Shown: one piece after another, positions 41,847 through 52,417 of the stretch
How the letters are laid out: every line of letters starts with the position of its first letter
Numbering within the stretch: the stretch's first letter is position 1
Assembly (NCBI GenBank): GCA_963730185.1
Contig: CAVSQW010000002.1
Location: 96,001-160,000 of the forward strand
DNA length: 64,000 nt
DNA from: an uncultured Gemmatimonadales bacterium
Lineage (GTDB): Bacteria; Gemmatimonadota; Gemmatimonadetes; Gemmatimonadales; GWC2-71-9
Direction of reading: 5' to 3'
The notes under the pieces: generated by a model
Databases searched by the model: none
What the model was told of the DNA's origin: nothing
Seen by the model: the letters and a program-made list of their open reading frames with translations, nothing else
Position numbers and translations under genes: made by a program

Positions 41847-42864
41847 ATGGCCCTGCCCAATTCGTCGGTCGTCACCATCGAGCGGTTCATCATGGATCAG
41901 GAGCGGCAGCACCCGGAAGCCACGGGCGAGCTGTCGAACCTCCTCTACGACATTGCCCTCGGCGCCAAGATCGTGGCGGCCGCCATTCGGCGGGCGGGGC
42001 TGGTGAACATTCTCGGTGCGGCGGGGCAGACCAACGTCCAGGGCGAGATGCAGCAGAAGCTCGATATTTTCGCCAACGACACCTTCAAGAACGCGATGGG
42101 CCACACGGGACGGGTCTGCGTGATGGCCTCCGAGGAAGAGGAAGAGGTGATTCCGATTCCGGAGGGGTATCCGCAAGGCAAGTACGCGGTGCTCTTCGAT
42201 CCGCTCGACGGCTCCTCGAACATCGACGTCAACGCCGCGGTGGGCACCATCTTCAGCGTCTACCGCCGCCGCTCGATGGAGGGGCAGGGGACCCTGACCG
42301 ACGTGCTCCAGCCGGGCGTGTCGCAGGTCGCGGCGGGTTACGTGATGTACGGCTCGAGCGTGATGCTGGTCTACAGCACCGGGAACGGCGTCCACGGCTT
42401 CACGCTCGACCCGACGGTGGGCGAGTTCCTACTGTCGCACCCGAGCATCAGGATGCCGGAAACCGGGAACTACTACAGCGTCAACGAGAGCAACTTCTCC
42501 CGCTGGGACAAGGGGACGCAGTGGGCCGTCCGCGGCCTCCACGGCGACCGGCCCGAGCGGATGCCGGGGCAAGAAGAGCCGGTACATCGGATCGCTGGTC
42601 GCCGATTTTCACCGGAACCTGATCAGCGGCGGGATCTTTCTCTATCCGGCCGACACCAGGAACACGGAGGGCAAGCTCCGGCTGGCCTACGAGGCCAACC
42701 CGATGGCGTTCATCGCCGAGCACGCCGGCGGGGCGGCCACCGACGGCCGGAACCGGATTCTCGACATCGTACCCGGCGCGCTGCACCAGCGGACCCCGCT
42801 GGTGATCGGTTCGCGACACGACGTCGAGTTCGTCCGCGACGCGATGGCGGAGGTCGACGGGTGA
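41847..42864 (+). CDS. fbp: Class 1 fructose-1,6-bisphosphatase (one extra G near 42566)
   Basis: [27 protein letters not shown]; after the shift [25 protein letters not shown], ending TGA 42862-42864. Confidence 0.93.
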
Positions 42865-44450
42865 GTCAGGGCACGACGCCGACCGGGGCCCAGCCGGAGG
42901 GAACGAGGGCCATCCGGGACTGCTGCCGGCCCAGCCGGTCTATGGACCCGCAGACTGGTCGGGCGACCCCGGGGAGCCGGGGCGTCTGGCCCTATACCCG
43001 GGGCTCTATCCCACGATGTACACGGGGGCGGCTCTGGACGATGCGGCAGTACGCCGGGTTCGGTACTGCGGAAGACACCAACGCCCGGTTCCGGCACCTG
43101 CTCGCGGCCGGGCAGACGGGGCTCTCGACGGCCTTCGATCTCCCGACCCAGATGGGATACGACTCCGACCATCCGATGGCCGCCGGCGAGGTCGGCCGGG
43201 TCGGGGTCGCGGTCGATACGGTGGACGATCTGGCGGTGCTCTTCGGGGGGATTCCGCTCGATCGGGTCTCCACCTCGATGACCATCAACGCCACGGCCGG
43301 GATCCTGCTGGCGATGTACATCGTGGTGGCGGAAGAGCAGGGGGTGTCCCGGACCGCGCTGGCCGGCACCATCCAGAACGACCTCCTCAAGGAGTACATC
43401 GCCCGGGGCACGTACATCTATCCGGCGGAGCCCTCGCTCCGGCTGATCACCGACATCTTCCGGTTCGTGGCCGACGAGGGGATGAACTTCAATCCGATCT
43501 CGATCAGCGGATACCACATCCGGGAGGCCGGCGCCACGGCGGTGCAGGAGGTCGGGTTCACCCTGGCCAACGCCCTGGAGTATTGCCGGCGGGCGGTGGC
43601 GGCCGGGATTCCGATCGAGCGGTTCGGTCCCCGGCTCTCGTTCTTCTTCGCGGCCCACAACGACCTGTTCGAGGAAGCGGCCAAGTTCCGGGCGGCCCGC
43701 CGCCTCTGGGCGAGCCTGGTCAAGGAGCGGTTCGACGCCGACGACCAGACGGCCAGGCTTCGGTTCCACACCCAGACCGGCGGGGTGACGCTCCAGGCCC
43801 AGCAGCCGCTCAACAACGTGGTCCGGGTTGCGGTCCAGGCTCTGGCCGCCACTCTGGGCGGCACCCAGTCGCTCCACACCAACGGCTACGACGAGGCGCT
43901 CGCGCTCCCGACGCAGGACGCGGCGACCCTGGCCCTCCGAACCCAGCAGATCCTGGCCCACGAGAGCGGGGTCGGCCGGACGGTCGATCCCCTGGCCGGG
44001 AGCTACTACGTGGAGAACCTCACCGACCGGATCGAGGCGGGCGCCCGGGAGCTGATCGCCGCGGTCGACCAGCTGGGCGGGGCGGTGCGAGCGGTGGAGA
44101 CCGGCTACTATCAGGAGGCCATCGGCCGGAGCGCGTACGAGCTCCAGAAGGCCCAGGACGACGGGCGGGTGACGGTCGTGGGCGTCAACCGCTTCACCTC
44201 CGACGAGCCGCCGGTCACGATCGACACCCCGAACTTTCCGGCGCTCGAGGCCCGGCAGCGGGACCGGGTGGCGCAGGCCCGGAGCCGCCGCGACCAGGGA
44301 GCAGTAACCCGGTTCCTCGACGGCCTGGGCGAGGCGGCGGCCGGCGACGGCGGGCTCATGCCTCGGATCGTCGACGCGGTGCGAGCTCGGGCCACCCTGG
44401 GCGAGATCAGCGACACTCTCCGGAAGGTCTGGGGCGTCTACCGGGCCTGA
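42861..44450 (+). CDS. Methylmalonyl-CoA mutase, substrate-binding large subunit (several indels at 42915-43030)
   Basis: [59 protein letters not shown]; no B12-binding DxHxxG domain. Confidence 0.92.
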   Translation: MSQGTTPTGAQPEGTRAIRDCCRPSRSMDPQTGRATPGSRGVWPYTRGSIPRCTRGRLWTMRQYAGFGTAEDTNARFRHLLAAGQTGLSTAFDLPTQMGYDSDHPMAAGEVGRVGVAVDTVDDLAVLFGGIPLDRVSTSMTINATAGILLAMYIVVAEEQGVSRTALAGTIQNDLLKEYIARGTYIYPAEPSLRLITDIFRFVADEGMNFNPISISGYHIREAGATAVQEVGFTLANALEYCRRAVAAGIPIERFGPRLSFFFAAHNDLFEEAAKFRAARRLWASLVKERFDADDQTARLRFHTQTGGVTLQAQQPLNNVVRVAVQALAATLGGTQSLHTNGYDEALALPTQDAATLALRTQQILAHESGVGRTVDPLAGSYYVENLTDRIEAGARELIAAVDQLGGAVRAVETGYYQEAIGRSAYELQKAQDDGRVTVVGVNRFTSDEPPVTIDTPNFPALEARQRDRVAQARSRRDQGAVTRFLDGLGEAAAGDGGLMPRIVDAVRARATLGEISDTLRKVWGVYRA

Positions 44451-44467
44451 GGCCCTCGGAACCGACT

Positions 44468-45112
44468 ATGACCGTCAACGTCCATCACATCACCGTGTCG
44501 CGGACCGCCCGTTACTTCCTTCTGGGCGACGAGCTTGGCGCCAACGAGGTCTGGTTCGTCCTCCACGGTTACAGCCAGCTGGCGGCCGGCTTCGTCCGGT
44601 GGTTCGAGCCGGCCGCCCGGCCCGGCCGCCTGATCGTGGCGCCGGAGGCGCTCTCCCGCGCTTATTTCGAGGAGCAGAACGCCCGCCGCGTCGGAGCGTC
44701 GTGGATGACCCGGGAGGACCGCGAGGCCGAGATCCAGGACTATGTCCAGTACCTCGATCGAGTGGCCGACGAGGTCATCGGGGCGCTCCCCCCCCGGCCT
44801 TGGGTCGAGATCCACGGGTTTTCCCAGGGAACCGCCACCGCCAGCCGATGGGCGGCCTTCGGGCGTCACGCGGCCAACCGGATGGTGCTCTGGGGCGGAT
44901 CGGTGCCGCCCGACCTCGACATCGAGCGGCTCCGGGCCAGTTTGCGCGGCGCCCCGGTGGTCCTGGTGGCGGGCGACCGAGATCAGTATGTGACGGCCGA
45001 TCAGGTCCGCCACGAAGAGGCCCGGCTTGCCGGCCTCGGCCTGGGGGTCGACGTCCGGACTTTCGCGGGCGGCCACGCGGTGGACCGAACCCTGCTCGCC
45101 ACCCTGGCCTGA
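44468..45112 (+). CDS. Alpha/beta hydrolase (phospholipase/carboxylesterase)
   Basis: LHGYSQ, GFSQG nucleophile elbow, GDRD, FAGGH. Confidence 0.88.
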   Translation: MTVNVHHITVSRTARYFLLGDELGANEVWFVLHGYSQLAAGFVRWFEPAARPGRLIVAPEALSRAYFEEQNARRVGASWMTREDREAEIQDYVQYLDRVADEVIGALPPRPWVEIHGFSQGTATASRWAAFGRHAANRMVLWGGSVPPDLDIERLRASLRGAPVVLVAGDRDQYVTADQVRHEEARLAGLGLGVDVRTFAGGHAVDRTLLATLA

Positions 45113-45141
45113 GTCGGCACGGAATTCCAAGGAGAAACCTC

Positions 45142-45651
45142 ATGCCCCTCGAGTGGATCGCGGTGATGCTGGCCCGCGAGCTTCGGACCCTGGCGCGGGA
45201 GCTCGAGGCCTACGGCGACGAGGCCGAGATCTGGGCCACGCCGACCGGCCTGCCCAACTCGGCCGGCACGCTGACCCTCCACCTGTGCGGGAACCTCCAG
45301 CACTTCGTCGGGGCGGTCCTGGGCGGCACCGGGTATGTCCGTCGCCGCGAGGCGGAATTCGGAGCTCGAGGGGTACCCCGCGCCGAGTTGATCGCCCAGG
45401 TGCAGGCCACTATCGGGGCGGTGGAGCAGACCCTCGGCGGCGGTCGGTCCATCGATCTCTCGGCCGAGTTTCCCGATGCCATCGGCGGGAAATTCCGGGT
45501 CACCACCGGCGACTTCCTGATCCACCTGGCCGCGCACCTGGCGTTCCATGTGGGCCAGATCGACTACCACCGTCGGCTGCTCACCGGCTCGCCCGCGAGC
45601 GTGGGGGTCGTCTCGGTGCCGGAGATGGCCACCGCCCGCCCCGCCTCCTGA
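45142..45651 (+). CDS. DinB/DUF1572 family protein
   Basis: NSAGTLTLHLCGNL, HLAFHVGQIDY; AAGGAG RBS. Confidence 0.85.
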   Translation: MPLEWIAVMLARELRTLARELEAYGDEAEIWATPTGLPNSAGTLTLHLCGNLQHFVGAVLGGTGYVRRREAEFGARGVPRAELIAQVQATIGAVEQTLGGGRSIDLSAEFPDAIGGKFRVTTGDFLIHLAAHLAFHVGQIDYHRRLLTGSPASVGVVSVPEMATARPAS

Positions 45652-45787
45652 CCCGGCGGGGCCCCTCCCAGCCCGGCGGGCGCCGATTCCGTTTGGATCA
45701 GCGCCAGCCCGGCGCGGCCAACTTGTTCCCCCGGTCCCGCGCTGCTAACTTGCTCTGCTGCATTTGCTTAAGCGCTTTCGGGAGCCT

Positions 45788-46141
45788 ATGCCCACCTACG
45801 AGTACCGGTGTGCCAACGGGCACGAGTTCGAGGTGTTCCAGAGGATCAGCGACAAGCCGCGCACCAAGTGTCCGGAGTGCGGTGCGCGGGCCACGCGCAT
45901 GATCTCGGGCGGCGCCGGCCTGATCTTCAAGGGATCCGGGTTCTACATCACCGACTACGGCAAGGACGGGAAGGGCCCACGCCGGGAGCCCGAGAAGTCC
46001 GAGAAGTCCGAGAAGTCCGACCAGGCCGACAAGGCCGAGCCGGCCAAGTCGACCGACAAGACGGAGTCGTCCGGCGGCGGGGCCGCGACGGGCGGCGCCC
46101 CAGCCAAGAAGCCCAAGAAGGGGTCGAAGGACGACACGTGA
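45788..46141 (+). CDS. FmdB family zinc-ribbon protein
   Basis: MPTYEYRC..GH.FE, CPECG, FKGSGFYITDY, low-complexity tail. Confidence 0.9.
   Translation: MPTYEYRCANGHEFEVFQRISDKPRTKCPECGARATRMISGGAGLIFKGSGFYITDYGKDGKGPRREPEKSEKSEKSDQADKAEPAKSTDKTESSGGGAATGGAPAKKPKKGSKDDT
45992..46018 (+). repeat. In-frame 9-bp tandem repeat (GAGAAGTCC)x3 encoding EKS
   Basis: Read directly from the sequence. Confidence 0.9.
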
Positions 46142-47775
46142 GCGACGCGATCAAGGCGGAGCTGGACCGGCTGGCCGCCGCCCTCGGCGCGTCCGACGCG
46201 CCGTACGTGCTCGAGCGTCCCCGCGATCAGGGGCACGGTGACCTCGCGACCAATCTCGCGATGGTGCTGGCCAAGGCGCGGAAAACCAATCCCCGGAAGC
46301 TCGCGCAGGAGATCATCGGCTCGCTCACCCTGCCCGACGGGCTGGTCGCCAAGGTGGAGATCGCGGGGCCGGGGTTCATCAACTTCTGGCTGGCCCAGGA
46401 CGCGCTGACCGACGCGCTCCGGGACATCGTCCGGCAGGGCCCGGCGTACGGCCGGTCGACCGGCGGCGCGGGCGTCCGGGTCAACGTCGAGTTCGTGTCG
46501 GCCAACCCGACCGGCCCCCTCCACGTGGGGCACGGTCGCGGGGCGGCCCTCGGCGACGGGATCGCGGCGCTGCTGGAGTGGACCGGCCACGGCGTGACCC
46601 GCGAGTTCTACGTCAACGACGCCGGCACCCAGATCGACAAAATGGCCGCCAGCCTCTGGGCCCGGGTCCAGCAGGCGGTCGGGCGCGACCAGGCGGTGCC
46701 CGAGGGCGGCTACCACGGGGAGTACCTGACCGAGAGCGCGGCCGCCTTGCTGGCCGAGCGGGGCGCGGCCTTCGCCGACCTGGCCGAGGATCAGGGCCTC
46801 GCCGCCTGCCGGGCCTACGGTCTTGCGACGCTCCGAGCCGAGCAGGAGGCGCTGCTGGTGGAGTTCGGGGTCCGGTTCGACCTCTGGACCTCGGAGCAGT
46901 CCCTGTACGACACCGGGAAGGTGGCCACGGCGCTACGCCTCCTCGCCGACCAGGGGCTCACCTACGAGCTCGACGGAGCGCTTTGGCTCCGGACCACGGC
47001 GTTCGGCGACGACAAGGACAGGGTGCTCCGGAAGGGCGACGGTTCCTTCACCTACCTGGTGCCGGACATTGCCTACCACGTCGACAAGTTCGCCCGTGGG
47101 TTCGACCACCTGATCGACGTCTGGGGCGCCGACCATCACGGCTACATCCCCCGGATGCGCGCCGTGCTGATGGCCCTCGGCCATCCGGCCGAGAGCTTCG
47201 AGGTGCCGCTGGTCCAACTCGTGAAGGTGGTGAAGGGCGGCGACGAGGTGAAGATGTCGAAGCGGGCGGGGACGTTCGTGACCCTCCGCGACCTGCTCGA
47301 CGACGTCGGTCCCGACGCGGCGCGCTACTTCTTCCTGATGCGCCGGGGCGACACGCCGTTCGTGTTCGACGTGGACCTGGCCCGGAAGCAGACCGACGAG
47401 AACCCGGTCTTCTACCTCCAGATGGCCCACGCCCGGATGACCGGCATCTTCCGGGTCGCCGAGGTGGCCGTCGACTCCGTCGGCGAGACCGCGCCCCTCG
47501 GCGACCTGCCGGCGCCCGACGACGTGGCGCTCCTCAAGGCCCTTACCCTCTTTCCCGAGACCGTCGCGCGGGCCGCCCGAGACCGGGAGCCGCACCGGGT
47601 TACCGGATACCTCGAGGATCTGGCCCGCCTCGTCCATGGGTGGTATCACAACTGTCGGGTGCTGGGCGAGCCGGCACCGGTCGAACGGGCCCGCCTGGTG
47701 CTGGCCCGGGCGACCCGACAGGTGCTCGCGAACGGCCTCACCTTGCTCGGCCTCAACGCTCCAGACCGGATGTGA
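46138..47775 (+). CDS. argS: Arginine--tRNA ligase
   Basis: GPGFINF, SANPTGPLHVGHGR, WGADHHGY, KMSKRAG, NPVFYLQ. Confidence 0.97.
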   Translation: MSDAIKAELDRLAAALGASDAPYVLERPRDQGHGDLATNLAMVLAKARKTNPRKLAQEIIGSLTLPDGLVAKVEIAGPGFINFWLAQDALTDALRDIVRQGPAYGRSTGGAGVRVNVEFVSANPTGPLHVGHGRGAALGDGIAALLEWTGHGVTREFYVNDAGTQIDKMAASLWARVQQAVGRDQAVPEGGYHGEYLTESAAALLAERGAAFADLAEDQGLAACRAYGLATLRAEQEALLVEFGVRFDLWTSEQSLYDTGKVATALRLLADQGLTYELDGALWLRTTAFGDDKDRVLRKGDGSFTYLVPDIAYHVDKFARGFDHLIDVWGADHHGYIPRMRAVLMALGHPAESFEVPLVQLVKVVKGGDEVKMSKRAGTFVTLRDLLDDVGPDAARYFFLMRRGDTPFVFDVDLARKQTDENPVFYLQMAHARMTGIFRVAEVAVDSVGETAPLGDLPAPDDVALLKALTLFPETVARAARDREPHRVTGYLEDLARLVHGWYHNCRVLGEPAPVERARLVLARATRQVLANGLTLLGLNAPDRM

Positions 47776-47779
47776 CGTC

Positions 47780-48700
47780 ATGAGTCTTCTCGTGGTCGGC
47801 AGTGTGGCGCTGGACTCCGTCTACACCCCGTTCGGCGAGACCGCCGACGCGCTGGGCGGATCCGCCGTGTACTTCAGCGTCGCCGCCTCGCTCATCAATC
47901 CGGTCAAGGTGGTCGGGGTCGTGGGCAACGACTACCCCACCCAGGAACTCGACCGCCTGAGCCCGAGAGGGATCGACTGGGCCGGGGTGGAGCGGGTCCA
48001 GGGCGAGAGCTTCCGCTGGAAGGGAAAGTACAGCTACGACCTCCAGAGCCGCGAGACCCTCGAGACCCGGCTCGGCGTGTTCGCCGCCTTCAAGCCCAAG
48101 CTGCCCGACGCCTGGCGCTCGTCGAAGTACCTGTTCCTCGGCAACATCGATCCGACCCTCCAGCTCGACGTGCTCCGCCAGATGAAGGCGCCCAAGCTGG
48201 TCGTCTGCGACACCATGAACTACTGGATCCAGGGGCACCGCGAGATCCTGCTGGAGCTGCTCAAGCTGGTGGACGTGTTGCTGGTGAACGACTCCGAGGC
48301 CCGGGAGCTCTCAGGCGACTGGAACATCCACAAGGCCGGCCGCTGGATCCTGAACCACGGACCCAAGCGGGTGGTGATCAAGCAGGGCGAATACGGCGCG
48401 CTCCTGGTGGAGCCGGGGCGGACGTTCTACGTGCCGGCCTATCCGCTGGAGGAGGTGTTCGACCCGACCGGCGCCGGCGACGCCTTCGCGGGCGGGTTCA
48501 TGGGGTACTTGGCCCGGGCCGACTCCACCGCGCCGGAGCAGCTCCGCCGGGCGATGGTCTACGGCTCGGCGATGGGGTCGTTCGCGGTCGAGGGCTTCGG
48601 GATCCGGGGCTTCGAGGGCGTCGAGCAAGCGACGGTGCAGAAGCGGGTCCAAGCCTTCGTCGACCTCACCCACGTGCCCTCGGCGGAGCCGCTCCCGTGA
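47780..48700 (+). CDS. PfkB family sugar/nucleoside kinase
   Basis: VGSVALD, LGGSA, DTMNYW, DPTGAGDAFAGG. Confidence 0.92.
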   Translation: MSLLVVGSVALDSVYTPFGETADALGGSAVYFSVAASLINPVKVVGVVGNDYPTQELDRLSPRGIDWAGVERVQGESFRWKGKYSYDLQSRETLETRLGVFAAFKPKLPDAWRSSKYLFLGNIDPTLQLDVLRQMKAPKLVVCDTMNYWIQGHREILLELLKLVDVLLVNDSEARELSGDWNIHKAGRWILNHGPKRVVIKQGEYGALLVEPGRTFYVPAYPLEEVFDPTGAGDAFAGGFMGYLARADSTAPEQLRRAMVYGSAMGSFAVEGFGIRGFEGVEQATVQKRVQAFVDLTHVPSAEPLP

Positions 48701-49719
48701 CCGACCGTCAGTACGCCGCCGCCGGGGTCGACATCCGGCAGCTGGATTCCGCCAAGCGCCGGATCGGGACGGCGGTCGAGAGTACCCGCACCGCGTTGTC
48801 GTTAGGCAGGACCGGGGCCTTCGGCGGGATGATTCGGGTGCCCGACGGCTACCGGCGGCCGGTGCTGGTGATGAGCACCGACAGCGTGGGCACCAAGGTG
48901 CTGGTGGCCCGCCAAGCCGGGGTCTTCGACACCGTCGGCGAAGACCTGGTCAACCACAGCGTCAACGACATTCTGGTTCATGCCGCCCAGCCGATCGCCT
49001 TCCAGGACTATATCGGGAGCAACGGGCTCACCGAGGCCCAGCTGGCCGACCTGGTGGTCGGGGTGGCGCGGGGCTGCCGGGCCCATGGGATGGCCCTGAC
49101 GGGCGGCGAGACCGCCGCCTTGCCGGACATCTACGCCCCCGGCGACTTCGACCTGGCCGGAACGATTGTCGGGGTGGTGGAGGAATCTTCCGCCCTCCAC
49201 GGCGACCGGATCGCCTCGGGCGACGTCCTGATCGGATACCAGTCGTCGGGGCTCCACACCAACGGCTATACCCTGGCTCGGAAGATCCTGTTCGACCGGC
49301 TCAAACTCACTGTCGATTCGCCACTTAGCGATACCGGGACGACCGTCGGGGAGGCCCTGCTGGCGGTTCATCGGAGCTACCTCGCGGCCCTCCGGCCGGT
49401 GTTCGATCTGGTCCACGGCCTTGCCCACATCACCGGTGGCGGGCTGGCCGGAAACCTGGTCCGCATATTGCCCCCCGACACCGCGGCGGTCATCGAGTCC
49501 GGGTCGTGGACTTGGCCGCCGCTCTTCACCCTGCTCATGCAGGCCGGCCAGGTCGGTCTGGACGAGATGCGTGAGGTGTTCAATCTCGGCGCCGGCATGG
49601 TGACGGTGGTCCCCGCGAACGCGGTGGACCGGGTCAGGGCCGCGGCGACCGAGGCCGGGGTCCCGACCTGGGTCGCGGGCGCGATCCGCGCCGGGCCGAC
49701 GGGAGTCGAATTCACCTGA
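48697..49719 (+). CDS. purM: AIR synthetase
   Basis: YAAAGVDI, DSVGTK, GGETA, SSGLHTNGY, AHITGGG, VFNLGAG. Confidence 0.95.
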   Translation: MTDRQYAAAGVDIRQLDSAKRRIGTAVESTRTALSLGRTGAFGGMIRVPDGYRRPVLVMSTDSVGTKVLVARQAGVFDTVGEDLVNHSVNDILVHAAQPIAFQDYIGSNGLTEAQLADLVVGVARGCRAHGMALTGGETAALPDIYAPGDFDLAGTIVGVVEESSALHGDRIASGDVLIGYQSSGLHTNGYTLARKILFDRLKLTVDSPLSDTGTTVGEALLAVHRSYLAALRPVFDLVHGLAHITGGGLAGNLVRILPPDTAAVIESGSWTWPPLFTLLMQAGQVGLDEMREVFNLGAGMVTVVPANAVDRVRAAATEAGVPTWVAGAIRAGPTGVEFT

Positions 49720-49729
49720 CGGGGGGGCA

Positions 49730-50716
49730 ATGCGGCATCGGGGGCGGCTCTGGCGGATGGTGGCAGTGGCTGGAATCGCCCTCGGGCCGAGCGCCGCGGG
49801 GGCCCAGACCGGGTCGACGGCCACGCCGCATCCGTGCGATGCCCAGGCCGATGCCACCCTCAAAGTCTGTCGGGCCGCCTACGACGCGATGTCGTGGATG
49901 TTGCCCGCGGCCGGGGTCGCGGCCGGCGGCGGCAATCCGGGGCTCGGCACCGCGGCCGGCTCCCACGGGTTCGGCGACGTCAGCCTGACCTTCCGCACCA
50001 CCTACACCTCGGTCGTCCTTCCCTCGACCGTCTATGACGGCTCGAGCGACACGGTCCGCGCCGACGCCCGCTTCCCCATTCTCGGACCGCGGGTCGATTT
50101 CCGGCTCGGCCTCCTGAGCAAGGCGCTGCCCGTCGGCACGATCTCGGCCGATTTTCTCGGCAGCGTGCTGGTGTTCCCCAAGTCGGCCACTCAACGGATC
50201 CGATTCGGCTCCGACGTCCGATCCGTCGGGGGGGCGGCCCTGGGCTTCGGCTACGGTCTCCGGATCGCGATGCAGCCCAAAGGCCCGATGCCGGTAGTCA
50301 GCCTCAACGTGGCCCGGAACGGCTTGCCCGCGTTCAGCTACGGCGATCTCTCCCTCGGCAGCAGCTACGCCTACACCCTCGGCGTCTCCGCCATCGACGT
50401 GCGGCTCCTGGTGGGGCGGCGGTTCGGCGCGCTGGAGCTCACCGCGGGCGGCGGGGTCGACCTGCTCAAGGGCCAGTACTCCGTGTCCTACGTCGACCCG
50501 GCCGACAGCTCGCTCGTGCCCCGGGCCGACTCCAGCCTGTCGGCCATGCGGATCCAGACCCTGGCCAACGCCTCGCTCGTGCTGGGCTTCTTCCGTCTCT
50601 CGGTGGAAGGCGGCTTCCAGGTCGGCAAGGACGAGAAGCTCACCACCCTCTTCGAAAGCAACAACACTCGGTCGGGCCGGTTCTTCGGCGGCGTGGGTCT
50701 CGGGTTTAAACTGTAG
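49730..50716 (+). CDS. Exported protein, probable outer-membrane beta-barrel
   Basis: Signal peptide, amphipathic beta strands, C-terminal FFGGVGLGFKL beta-signal. Confidence 0.65.
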   Translation: MRHRGRLWRMVAVAGIALGPSAAGAQTGSTATPHPCDAQADATLKVCRAAYDAMSWMLPAAGVAAGGGNPGLGTAAGSHGFGDVSLTFRTTYTSVVLPSTVYDGSSDTVRADARFPILGPRVDFRLGLLSKALPVGTISADFLGSVLVFPKSATQRIRFGSDVRSVGGAALGFGYGLRIAMQPKGPMPVVSLNVARNGLPAFSYGDLSLGSSYAYTLGVSAIDVRLLVGRRFGALELTAGGGVDLLKGQYSVSYVDPADSSLVPRADSSLSAMRIQTLANASLVLGFFRLSVEGGFQVGKDEKLTTLFESNNTRSGRFFGGVGLGFKL

Positions 50717-50718
50717 GC

Positions 50719-51786
50719 GTGACCGAAACCCAGGCGATGCAGCGCGCCCTCGATCTCGCCCATCGAGGGTGGGGACGCGTCCATCCGAACCCGATGGTCG
50801 GGGCCGTCGTGCTCGGCCCCGAGGGCGAGGTGGGCGAGGGCTTCCACGGCGAGTTCGGTGGCCCGCACGCCGAAGCGGTGGCGCTGGCTCGGGCCGGGGA
50901 GCGGGCTCGGGGCGGCACCCTGGTCGTCACCCTCGAGCCCTGCCGCCAGGTCGCGAAGCAGCCGGCCTGCGTCGGCCTGGTCGTCGCGAGTGGCGTCCGT
51001 CGGGTGGTGATCGCCGCCCGCGACCGGACCGAGAGCGGCGGCGGGGCGGAGCTGCTCCGCCAGCGCGGGCTGGAGGTGGATGTCGGGCTCCTCGGCGACA
51101 AGGCGGAGCGGCTCAACGCGATCTTCAACCACCAGGCCGCCGGCGCCCGCCGCCCGTTCGTGGCGGTCAAGCTCGCTACCTCGATCGATCACCGGATCGC
51201 CGACAGCGCCGGGATCTCGCGCTGGATCTCCGGCGACGCCGCCCGTGACTTCGTGCACTGGCACCGGGCCGGGTTCGACGCCATCGCGGTCGGTGGGAAG
51301 ACGGCGGTCATCGACAATCCCGCCCTCACCGTTCGAGGGTCCGTGGACCCGCGCCGGCCGCCGAAGCGGGTGGTGTTCCTCGGGTCGCGCCGGCTCCCGG
51401 CCGAGGGCACCCTGGTTCGGACGGCCCGAGTGATCCCGACGCTGGTCGTGACCGCCGCGCCCCGCGGGCCCGACGCCGACGCCCTCCGCGGCCACGGGGT
51501 CGAGATCGTCGGCGCCGGCTCGCTCGCCGAGGGGCTCGAGCGGCTCCACGGGCTGGGGATCGGGTCGATGGTGGTCGAAGGCGGCGGCCGACTGGCCGGC
51601 GCCCTCCTCGCCGCCGGCCTGGTCGATCGGTTCGTCTGGGTGGTGAGCCCGGTCTGGCTGGGCGACCGGGGGATTCCCGCGACGCGGGGGTACGAGGTGC
51701 CCTCGCTGGTTCAGGCGGAGCGGTGGACCCTGGTCGATCGCAAGGGCCTCGACCAGGACACGCTCCTCGTCTTCGACCGCCGCTGA
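50719..51786 (+). CDS. ribD: Riboflavin biosynthesis deaminase/reductase
   Basis: PNPMVG, HAE, TLEPC..C, SRWIS, DNPALT, VEGGG. Confidence 0.95.
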   Translation: MTETQAMQRALDLAHRGWGRVHPNPMVGAVVLGPEGEVGEGFHGEFGGPHAEAVALARAGERARGGTLVVTLEPCRQVAKQPACVGLVVASGVRRVVIAARDRTESGGGAELLRQRGLEVDVGLLGDKAERLNAIFNHQAAGARRPFVAVKLATSIDHRIADSAGISRWISGDAARDFVHWHRAGFDAIAVGGKTAVIDNPALTVRGSVDPRRPPKRVVFLGSRRLPAEGTLVRTARVIPTLVVTAAPRGPDADALRGHGVEIVGAGSLAEGLERLHGLGIGSMVVEGGGRLAGALLAAGLVDRFVWVVSPVWLGDRGIPATRGYEVPSLVQAERWTLVDRKGLDQDTLLVFDRR

Positions 51787-51788
51787 CC

Positions 51789-52406
51789 GTGTTCACCGGC
51801 ATCGTCACCGCGGTCGGCACGGTCCGGCGTCGGACGGCCGACCGGGCCGGCGGGGTGGACCTGACCATCGCGGCGCCCTGGCGGGGGCTCGCGCTGGGCG
51901 AGAGCATCGCGGTCGACGGTGCCTGCCTCACGGTGGCGGCGCGGGGACGCGGCTGGTTCCGGGTGCACGCGATCGCCACGACCCTCCGGCGGACGCTCCT
52001 CGGAACGCTCGCGACCGGCGACCGGGTCAATCTGGAGCGGGCCCTCAAGGCCGGCGACCGGCTCGGGGGGCACCTGGTCCAGGGGCACGTCGACGGCGTG
52101 GCCCGGGTGGCTCGGACCGTCACCGAGGGCGACGCCCAGCTGGTCGACCTGGCGGTCCCGGCCGGGGTGGCTCGGGTCTCGGTGCCGCTGGGCTCGATCA
52201 CGGTCGCCGGCGTGAGCCTGACGGTGAATGCCATCCCCCGGGCGGGTATTATTCAGATCTCGCTGATCCCATACACCCGGGATCACACGACGCTGGGCGC
52301 GCTCCGGCGGGGCGATCGGGTCCACGTCGAGGGCGACCTGATCGGCAAGTACGTGCGGGAGCTGGTCGAGCGTCGACCGGCACCGCGAGCGAAACGCGCC
52401 CGGTAG
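51789..52406 (+). CDS. ribE: Riboflavin synthase
   Basis: MFTGIV, GESIAVDGACLTV, VNLERA, GGHLVQGHVDG. Confidence 0.96.
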   Translation: MFTGIVTAVGTVRRRTADRAGGVDLTIAAPWRGLALGESIAVDGACLTVAARGRGWFRVHAIATTLRRTLLGTLATGDRVNLERALKAGDRLGGHLVQGHVDGVARVARTVTEGDAQLVDLAVPAGVARVSVPLGSITVAGVSLTVNAIPRAGIIQISLIPYTRDHTTLGALRRGDRVHVEGDLIGKYVRELVERRPAPRAKRAR

Positions 52407-52417
52407 GAGCAGAGCCG

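Noticed and set aside
41847..44450. Apparent 867-aa FBPase/methylmalonyl-CoA mutase fusion in the ORF track
   Set aside because: An extra G near 42566 moves fbp into the mutase frame. The true FBPase C-terminus ([19 protein letters not shown]) continues in another frame to TGA 42864, and the linker translation is nonsense.
50690..50719. FMN riboswitch before ribD
   Set aside because: Only 2 nt of intergenic space and no RFN consensus.
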